Source: Nemertoderma westbladi
Lineage: Eukaryota > Animalia > Xenacoelomorpha
Length of the DNA: 40,452 bases
Reading direction: 5' to 3'
NCBI GenBank assembly: GCA_032718475.1
Contig: JAUCBJ010006785.1
Coordinates: forward strand, 1 to 40,452
The notes beneath the pieces are model-generated. The model saw only the letters and a program-made list of their open reading frames with translations. It did not search any database and was not told the DNA's origin. Every line of letters starts with the position of its first letter. The first letter of the stretch is position 1. A program made the position numbers and the translations under genes. Of the stretch, positions 10,355 to 20,100 are shown piece by piece.

Positions 10355-10884
10355 TGTTAGCTTATTCAATCCCGCTAACACCCCATAAAGTTATAAGCCG
10401 ATAAGCAATATTGGGAGCCACGAGATTGGGTAATTAACCAACTCGTGCCATCCCAATAAGAATGGGAAGGAGAAGCACACAATGAGGGTCAGGGGCCAAA
10501 CCCCTAACCAAGAGAGAATAGGTGGAGTGAACGGGAACACTCCAAAGGGCGCCAACAAGGGTATCAACCAATCAGAGGGGGGAAAGGCATCGATTAGGTA
10601 AAGTAACAAGGCCAACCGTGCAATATAGCCACTTGGCAGTAATCATACCAATTCAGTTATCTCAGTGCAATACCGGTGCTAGATTAGGTTACATAGTTTT
10701 AGATAGGGAAGGACCGGGACTTTAGTTACCGTATCCCGCCTTCCATATACGACAATATCTATATATCTATATCTGCATATCATATTATATACGACAAACA
10801 TCAGAACTCATTCACTCTTTATACACGGCGGGGACGCGTGAACTAAAACCGGATAAACCGGGATCCCTCTTGGATCCCGTCACA
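10355..10884 (+). repeat. 3' LTR of element A (530 bp)
   Basis: Starts TGT after the PPT and ends GTCACA where the satellite begins; CCAAT box near 10568, TATA-like AATATAG at 10622, Inr-like TCAGTT at 10653. No second copy in the window to confirm the boundaries. Confidence 0.75.
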
Positions 10885-12838
10885 AATAGTTCGGAAATAA
10901 AAACAACAACTGTACCAGGAATAGTTGGAAAATAAAAACAACAACTATACCAGCAATAGTTGGGAAATAAAAACAAAAACTGTACCAGGAATAGTTGGGA
11001 AATAAAAACAACAACTATACCAGCAAAAGTTGGGAAATAAAAACAACAACTGTACCAGGAATAGTTGGAAAATAAAAACAACAACTATACCAGGAATAGT
11101 TGGGAAATAAAAACGACAACTATACCAGCAATAGTTGGGAAATAAAAACAACAACTGTACCAGGAATAGTTGGAAAATAAAAACAACAACTATACCAGGA
11201 ACAGTTGGAAAATAAAAACAACAACTGTACCAGGAATAGTTGGAAAATAAAAACAACAACTATACCAGGAATAGTTGGAAAATAAAAACAACAACTATAC
11301 CAGCAATAGTTGGGAAATAAAAACAACAACTGTACCAGGAATAGTTGGAAAATAAAAACAACAACTATACCAGCAATAGTTGGGAAATAAAAACAAAAAC
11401 TGTACCAGGAATAGTTGGGAAATAAAAACAACAACTATACCAGCAATAGTTGGGAAATAAAAACAACAACTGTACCAGGAATAGTTGGAAAATAAAAACA
11501 ACAACTATACCAGGAATAGTTGGAAAATAAAAACAACAACTATACCATCAATAGTTGGGAAATAAAAACAAAAACTGTACCAGGAATAGTTGGGAAATAA
11601 AAACAAAAACTGTACCAGGAATAGTTGGAAAATAAAAACAACAACTATACCAGCAATAGTTGGGAAATAAAAACAACAACTATACCAGGAATAGTTGGGA
11701 AATAAACACAAAAACTATACCAGCAATAGTTGGGAAATAAACACAACAACTGTACCAGGAATAGTTGGGAAATAAAAACAAAAACTGTACCAGGAATAGT
11801 TGGAAAATAAAAACAACAACTATACCAGGAATAGTTGGGAAATAAAAACAACAACTATACCAGGAATAGTTGGGAAATAAACACAAAAATTATACCAGCA
11901 ATAGTTGGGAAATAAAAACAACAACTGTACCAGCAATAGTTTGGAAATAAAAACAACAACTGTACCAGGAATAGTTGGAAAATAAAAACAACAACTGTAC
12001 CAGGAAAAGTTGGGAAATAAACACAAAAACTATACCAGCAATAGTTGGGAAATAAACACAACAACTGTACCAGGAATAGTTGGAAAATAAAAACAACAAC
12101 TATACCAGGAATAGTTGGGAAATAAAAACAACAACTATACCAGGAATAGTTGGGAAATAAACACAAAAACTATACCAGCAATAGTTGGGAAATAAAAACA
12201 AAAACTGTACCAGGAATAGTTGGGAAATAAAAACAACAACTATACCAGCAATAGTTGGGAAATAAAAACAAAAACTGTACCAGGAATAGTTGGGAAATAA
12301 AAACAACAACTATACCAGCAAAAGTTGGGAAATAAAAACAACAACTGTATCAGGAATAGTTGGAAAATAAAAACAACAACTATACCAGGAATAGTTGGGA
12401 AATAAAAACGACAACTATACCAGCAATAGTTGGGAAATAAAAACAACAACTGTACCAGGAATAGTTGGAAAATAAAAACAACAACTATACCAGGAACAGT
12501 TGGAAATTAAAAACAACAACTGTACCAGGAATAGTTGGAAAATAAAAACAAAAACTATACCAGGAATAGTTGGAAAATAAAAACAACAACTATACCAGCA
12601 ATAGTTGGGAAATAAAAACAACAACTGTACCAGGAATAGTTGGAAAATAAAAACAACAACTATACCAGCAATAGTTGGGAAATAAAAACAAAAACTGTAC
12701 CAGGAATAGTTGGGAAATAAAAACAACAACTATACCAGCAATAGTTGGGAAATAAAAACAACAACTGTACCAGGAATAGTTGGAAAATAAAAACAACAAC
12801 TATACCAGGAATAGTTGGAAAATAAAAACAACAACTAT
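10885..12838. repeat. 35-bp satellite array, left part (~56 units)
   Basis: Consensus AATAGTTGG(G/A)AAATAAAAACAACAACT(A/G)TACCAG(G/C); phase conserved from 10885 to 12810 (55 x 35). Confidence 0.98.
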
Positions 12839-14073
12839 TGTTCGCGCTTTCAGACCTTTGGCAGTTTAACCCGCCAAATTAGGATGTCTGTTAGATAATA
12901 AATCACTTTAGCCGATGACAAATATTTGATTCACTACACTAGTCGAAACCAATCTGTGCGCGATCATTCACCCGCTGGATAATTCCCGGGAGATTGGGTT
13001 CGACGGCTTAATTTTATTGCTATGTAAGCTTAATGTATTATTCGACTGACAGTATTATATAATCTCTGACAATATTATTCACCTTCGGGAATATTAACAG
13101 TTCCTTTAGGACGTGGCGCTTTATTTATATAAACAGAGTTATGACTTAAACTACTCACAACGATATGGCTTAATTATAATTCACATATATGGCGCATTCT
13201 TTAGGAAATGCTTCGTTATCAGTATCACTCGCACACAATGCTGCACAATACTGCACACTGATCTGCCGATCTTCACTGATTTTAGTTACATATAAAAGGA
13301 ACACGGACTGACTCATGTAGGGGCTATCAAATAACATTAGATTCACTTCAAACCACTTTAACATAAGTCACAATCGTTATGTATAACCTTTCTCTCTTAC
13401 CTTCAGTATATCAAGAATATTGGGTTTTCGGGGTTATTTATCGTTATTCCAAATATAATAATTCATCAACCAAATTATGAAGTACAGACAGCAAATAGCA
13501 GTATAACAATATAAAGTATGCACAGTGTTACACAGTATGCAGTGTATGCAGTACTGCAGTATGCATTGATTGCATTGAGTTAGGTTAGTCAAGTTAGATA
13601 ACGGATATATGTCCTTATGATTAAGCCTACTAGTGTACGGCTAAAACAGTAAAGCACAAAATACTTCCAAGCCGTTCTTTCTTTTGCTCAGGACTCAATG
13701 TAAACACTGCACATAGGCATTGCGTCATTTCTCGGAAATTTTCTGTACAAGGAGCCACAAAAACGCTCTAATTGGCTGACTGAACTGAGAGACGCCGTAG
13801 AACAAAGGAAATCAACACGTATGAATGTCAGCTGTTAACCGTAGTCATAGTAACTACTGTTCAAGAGTAGCTATCACCCTTTTGCGTCACGAATTGCCAT
13901 AGAATCATAAAATATGCCTTTCACAGTACACATACGGAGGAAATAGGTCTTAGATCCTCTAAAAACACCGATACAGCAATAATACGGTCTCTTACACTTA
14001 TTAAATCAACTACAGAGTATTTTAATGTAAAAGATAATAAAAATAACGGGGCAATTCAGCAAAGGCTTTTACA
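12839..14073 (-). repeat. 3' LTR of element B (1235 bp)
   Basis: Same length and, as far as I can read, same sequence as 24228-25462; identical small ORFs appear in both copies. Confidence 0.96.
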
Positions 14074-14081
14074 CCGCTCCC
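14074..14081 (-). other. Polypurine tract of element B
   Basis: Minus strand GGGAGCGG directly before the LTR start TGTAAAAGCC, preceded by hairpin GAAAAT-CCC-ATTTTC (14083-14097). Confidence 0.7.
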
Positions 14082-15176
14082 AGAAAATGGGATTTTCAGT
14101 CTATAAAATATAAAAATCACAGTTTCTAAAACCTAAAGATACTCTAAACAGTTAGTCTTTCTTGCGCGGACGGCGTTTACGCAGTTTTTTAAAGCTAGCA
14201 AGAGTCCTTTTCTCTTTGGGGGGAACCACTTTACTAAGAGGGCCATAACTCCTGGGTGAAGGGTGCAATATGATTGCATTAGAAGGTTTGGGTTTACTGT
14301 CGGTGTCACGTCCATTTCGATATGCTTCTCCTCGAGCTGATTTTCCTCCGCTTGTCATGGGATACGTTCGTCCAAAACTCTCGCAGAGAATAGGGTTTTC
14401 TAAGCTTGATATCTTCTTTGAGATTCGAGGTTTCCCAATCGAACTGAGATAAGGCCAATTCGTTTATCGATTGGACTTACTGTGATAACTTACGTTTATC
14501 TGAACAAACGCAGGTTTCTTTTTTGATCTTTATAAAATAGCGTTTAACTCGTTTCGTACAACGCTCTCCTTCACCTTGATGAAGGGTTGTATCGCGTTAA
14601 ACGGGACGACCATACGGTTGGATAGTGATATTAGGTGTCTGCGTCATAATCCAGCTAGGTAAGATGGGCGGCTAGCTAGAAATCACTGTCGGAGTGTTAC
14701 CGATTAATTGTTAGGGTAGCACTAGATCTTGAACAGTGAATACCGTCCAAGAGGATCCGCGACACCACCAGGATCGCAGGTCTGAGGTCCAACTAAGGAA
14801 TAAGGAGGTTTGACCGAGTATTCCGGGACTCTGATCGTAGGTTTACTCCAGGATCGTTCGAGCCGAGTGAGCATAGGTGGTACGTCAAACAAGTTTCGCT
14901 CGAAACTCCAGTAAATATGACGAGCACAACTGTGTTTAACACAACGTTTCCGTGGATGTTTATGTCTTTCCGTTTATTGGCTGGATCTAGGGCATTTATC
15001 GTAATAATACCAAAGACGCACGTCTGGTAGGGGTAACGCGGATGATATTTATTTGTTGTTACAATGCTTCTATCAAGAATTCCAAATATACGTTGGAGTT
15101 ACCGCGTTTATTTGTTTCTGTAGTGTCTTTTCTTTCGAGTCGATTTCGAATAGAATTTTCGCATTCGAATTTCAGT

Positions 15177-15509
15177 TTATGGTTCCGACTCCGCTGGGCA
15201 GGATATATAGTCGACATAGTCCGTATTGTGTAAATCGATAGGATGACCAGTGGTTAAGAAGACCATATACGTACCATTACGCTGCGTATATCGAGCAGCG
15301 AATTTTCTATAGTCCAACTCGCGCGCGAGCTGCTCTTGGGACATTGGTGGTTCGATATAACGACCATCGTCCTCCGCAGCAGTTGGACTAACGTCGCCGC
15401 GTATTAAGCTATCAACAAACGCTTGTAAAAGTAGAGTACATCGCTCCCCGATACCAAGACCATCTTCTATCAACTCCGTCATGTCTGCTATATATGAGTT
15501 TATCCACAT
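15177..15509 (-). CDS. Possible 110-aa accessory ORF in the 3' region of element B, function unknown
   Basis: ATG-initiated, same strand as gag, protein-like composition, in a GC-richer island of an AT-rich region; no family recognised. Confidence 0.3.
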   Translation of the reverse strand: MWINSYIADMTELIEDGLGIGERCTLLLQAFVDSLIRGDVSPTAAEDDGRYIEPPMSQEQLARELDYRKFAARYTQRNGTYMVFLTTGHPIDLHNTDYVDYISCPAESEP

Positions 15510-16314
15510 TATAAGGAGTTTATATTTAGGCTAGCGAGCGTCGCTGCCTACTCCAATTAACCCCCGGACAGTACGAGATCCTCAGCGCCGATGTGTCGTC
15601 GCCGCCGTACTTTCGCCAACGACGTAGCCGCACAACGACAACGACAACCGGCACAAGTCACTCGACTGTCCGTCCCAAAGGCTTAGATGTACTTCAGGTA
15701 TTCCTTGGAGAGTTAGGTTACTTTACGATTGCGACTGGCTACTGTAAACACACCTTAGCAGTAACATTCACCTATAAACTCACAAATACCACACACACAA
15801 CTTGTCACAAATTACACACATTCGGGCCATTTGTCCGTTAGTCAATGCCTTCCAGAATGTCACTGTATTATTATGTATCCTTGGATACTAGTAGTGCGCT
15901 ATTTATTCCCTATGCTATTCAATGGGACAAGCTTTCTATTGTTCGTTTAACTCAATTCTAATTCTAGCGTGGTTGTTGCTATGGTGACATTATGCAAAGC
16001 TAGCGGTAGAATTAGGGTGATTCCAATGCATACAGATCTGGGATGTTATTTAATAGTAATTCTTTAATAGTCAATGTCCTGTTTTATACATGACTTTATG
16101 AATTTTATCGGCTATTAACTATGTTTGGGAGACTTTCGTACACGCATACGCATAATAATATAAATCTCCGCTCCCTTGATCTATTAATTAATGGAATTTT
16201 GGGAATGTTATAAATCGCGTAAAATGGCAATTTATTAAATTCATTAAAAGACATGAATTTAAATTTATTCCCTGAAATTTTATTATTTGATAATTAAATG
16301 GACATATTTTGATT

Positions 16315-16600
16315 CTAGAACTTGTCTAGGGACACAAGATCCTTAATTCTAAGAAAATTGTCTCTTTAAGAATATCGGTAAATGCTGCGATATCTTAATT
16401 GACTAGAATTGTTGAAGGATCTGAATTTTACAGATTTTGACTTATTTGATTTGTAAATATTAACTAATTAATATTTGAGATGGGCACCGATTTATTCCAG
16501 AACTTGTCTGGGGACGTTAACCACTGATTCTATAATTTGTCTTTCAAGTATATCGGTGGGTGCCACGATATCTTAATCGACTAGAATTACAGATGGTCAA
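16315..16600 (-). ncRNA. Two diverged copies (offset 182 bp) of a structured RNA element: ~85-nt long hairpin plus small hairpin
   Basis: Long hairpins at 16337-16422 and 16517-16600, small hairpins at 16315-16329 and 16497-16511; pairing retained despite sequence change. Confidence 0.55.
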
Positions 16601-17132
16601 AGGGTTTAACAGATTTATTTTGCGTTATACGCTACTGTTAAAGGGACATCACGCTACTATATGTATTATTTAATATACGGTATGAGAGCAATATCGCACG
16701 AAGCAATGTCAGTGTGAAGAGGCAAGTCGTTTCCAAGGTCTACCCAGAGCTTGGTTTAGCCGAGACACGAGGATCTGAACTTTGCATTCCTAATACTCTG
16801 CCTACCAATAATACTTAAATATAGTAGTGGCTTATTGTACTTTAATAAGTACAGACATTTCATCTTACTGTAGTTACGTATTTATAATATAATACGGACA
16901 GTAAGGAAAGAGAAAAATAATTATTTCTTCGCCGTCGCACTAAATATAATATAAGTAAGTATGTACATAATAAACACGAATATATTGCACTATTCTACAA
17001 AATAATCGCTAAATAATATTCTACTAAATTAAATAAAACGATTATAATAAAATTACATAGTAATACATACATAAATATAAGAATGATAAAATAATATAAA
17101 ATAATAGAGTCACACGCCCACTCCATATGTTG

Positions 17133-20100
17133 CTACGTTATGGAGTCCCTAGATGTTTGAAGGATTAGGGAGGTGGTCGTGGGAAGAGAATCTTGCCTTC
17201 CACAGTTTCCGGAGAGTCCTCCATTCCCTTCCGGTAAACACAAACGACCGACTGGGTGATTGAGTCGCTGCATCCCGAATACAATTCCAGGTTTCCTCTT
17301 CGTCCTGGAATAGTGACGATAGAAACATCGCTCAAAGTATATGACGGCGTTACAAAGCCGATTCCAGGAGCTATAGTGGTCCGTCGCTCCCTGCAGGAGA
17401 GGTAAGAGTCCCTGCGAGACGTCTGATGTTCCAGAGCTCCAATCGCTCTCTCTGATCTTCATGAAGGATCCACTCGCGGTGGGGAGGTCCAGATCCACGG
17501 CGTCGTCCCTGGCAATATGTAATACCGACAGATCTATCCCGGGTTCAAATAACTCCGCTCCACCCGTCCGGGTTTTAGGTTTAACTTTCTCCGCTCCCTT
17601 GGCTGGTCTAATCTCAGTCGGAGTAAGATGGGGAGGCCATTCATCCTCCTTACTCAGGAAGTCGGGTTCACCTAACCGGTCTATAGTATCTGTCAGTTCT
17701 TGAGGAGTTGCTCCTCTGGAAGCGATGTCCGTTGGATTAAACTTCTTGGGGCAATATCTCCATTGATCTACATTGGAGCTAAGATTGTCATTATCTGAGG
17801 AGTGTGGTGTTCCCTCAGTTGGGTCGTCTCCCTCACTAGTATCATCTTCCCATTCACTCACCTGGCAGACGCGATCTTGAAGCAGTCTTTCCCTGAGCGT
17901 TCTACCGGAAGGTCCAGTAAGGTACCAACCTACTCTAGTTCTTACCGCATAGGTCTGTAGTGGCTGCGGTTGAGCAGGCCGTTTCTCTAATGTCTCCAGC
18001 GCCTCATGCGCGTTTTGGCCGATGAGTATTTGCACTCCAGGATAATCAGTCTGGAATCGAGGTATGTTAAGATGTTGGATGCTCTCATCCTCGTCCCAAT
18101 TATAAAGGTCTGCTTGAGTAGTAGCGAAGTTCTTTATAGCCACCATTTTCACTGACCTGATGCTATGTTCTCCTAGTTCGTCCTGGGGGGTGGACAACTC
18201 ACTTATATAATAGTCGGCAGCTACAGTAGAATTCCAAACCTGCATGATCCCTGACATGTTTAGCTTGGTTCGGAACTTGGGTTGTCCAGCAAAGATGTCT
18301 TCGGCTAGTTCTTTATCGATGAATGTTCCTGTGCTGCCGGAGTCCAGGAGGGCGTTCACTATATAGCTCTTCTGAGGTCCGTGGACCCGTAACTGGACTA
18401 CAGGAAATTCTCGGATTCCTATATTGGAAGTTGGCGCTTTCCAAGATGGTTGTTGATCGGAAGTAGTTAAGGTAAGGTCGCTGTCTGTGTCTTTCTCATA
18501 CACGAGTGCTCGATACACTGCGGTGGTGTTTATTAGGTAACAGGATTCGTTTTGGTCGGAGAACTCGTCCGTATAGAATCCTTCCATCTCAGATTGATCA
18601 GTGTCGTTCTCATCACTGAATTGGACATGTAGTTCGGACTCACTTACCTGACTCGGGCTGTTTCGTTCGAATTCCGTGTGCAACAAGATATGATGTTTTG
18701 CGCCGCACTTTGCACACCTTGCGTCGGAGTTACAGGTTCGCCGTTGGTGTCCTCGTCTGAGGCAATTATAACACAACCGCTTATCCCACATGACTTCACG
18801 TCTATCCTTTAGTGATTTCCTCAGGAATTTATCACACGCATTTAAACGGTGGGGCCCGTCGCACAGCACACATTTCGGCTTGATGTTACTTACTTTAACC
18901 TGTGCTATGTGGTGCACACTTGTTCTTTCCTCGGGCTTTCTCACCTGAATTCTTTTAGGAGACGTAGGAAGGGTTTTTTGTACCGGTTCCCTTCTGTCAT
19001 TGGGTCGAGACTCGGATTTACTTACCTGATCTTTAGGCATTTTATTGACATAATAAGATCTGTCAGTGTCTTTCCCGCTGTCCTCTCCTTGAGAAGTTTG
19101 GCTTTCACCGTCGTCGGTATAACATACTGGTGTTACCCTTCTCCTAGAAACGGGTTTCTCACTTACCTTGTTTTCCAATGTCCTCTCTCTGGACTGCCTT
19201 AGGAGCTGTAATTTCACTTCTCCATCTAAGAATGACATGAGATCAGCCATGGTAGGGTCTCGTCGTTGTTGTTCCATCATATATAACACTTTCTTATCCC
19301 AGCGTGTGCCTACTCCACCTTTCGGTAAAGTAGAAGCCACTGCTCTAATAACCATAGTGTTCTGATACTCATGAGACTTACCTAGCCAATCTAATTGTCT
19401 GCAGATCTCCTGGATCTCATCGGAAAACTCTATAATCCCGCTGCTAATAAACTTTCGGGGCGCTACCATCTTTGCATACAAATACCCAGCTATGTTATTC
19501 CTATTACCATACCTGATGTTTAGTGTATCCCAAACTTGTCTTAATCCGTCTGGATGTCCAATAAACTTTAACGCCATTAACTTGGGAGATCCTTCCAAGC
19601 ACTCGATGAGGTATCTAAGTTTTTCTCCATTAGATAGTACAGAGTTCTGTATGTTATCTTTGTAATATTCATTAAAAGGTAACCATTTCATCTCATCTCC
19701 ATTGAACTTGACGATCTCTCCAACCTTTACCGCTTGCCGGGCTTCGGTTCTAGCCATTTGACGCGTAAAACTTTCTTGGGCCATTGTGCTATTTAATATC
19801 GAGTTATCGGTATATAAATTCCTCGGATTATGATCAGTTCCATAGGGAATGTCATTATCAACAGGTCTATAATTACCCTTAATAGGGTTCACTATAGGAG
19901 TTTCTACTTCGCTAGCAGTATATATGCGTGTAGGCTCCACACCTTGCGCATGCGATACTTCAGACCTAACAGGTTGACACATTGTTACAGAGGGTGGTGG
20001 TATACCCTTTTGGGTATTTACTAATTTATCGCGTTCGAGCGCGATACTTTGCTGCACTTCTTGCAACTCTAGCCTACTTTCCCTTACTGTGCCCTTGAAT

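Larger units (their letters stand above)
1413..10884 (+). mobile_element. BEL/Pao LTR retrotransposon A; 5' part displaced by the DNA transposon, 5' LTR not in window
   Basis: Domain order gag-PR-RT-RH-IN with BEL-type motifs, PPT at 10346-10354 and a TGT...ACA LTR candidate at 10355-10884. Confidence 0.9.

Noticed and set aside
1413-10884. Element A or C as the direct autonomous parent of element B
   Set aside because: LTR lengths and sequences differ and the Gag/protease proteins are only distantly similar; a helper role cannot be shown from this window.
13113-13364. Small ORFs repeated at 24502-24753
   Set aside because: They lie within the LTRs; their identity reflects LTR duplication, not coding function.
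16517-16600. Hammerhead ribozyme
   Set aside because: GAAA is present in one copy only, and there is no CUGANGA core or three-way junction.
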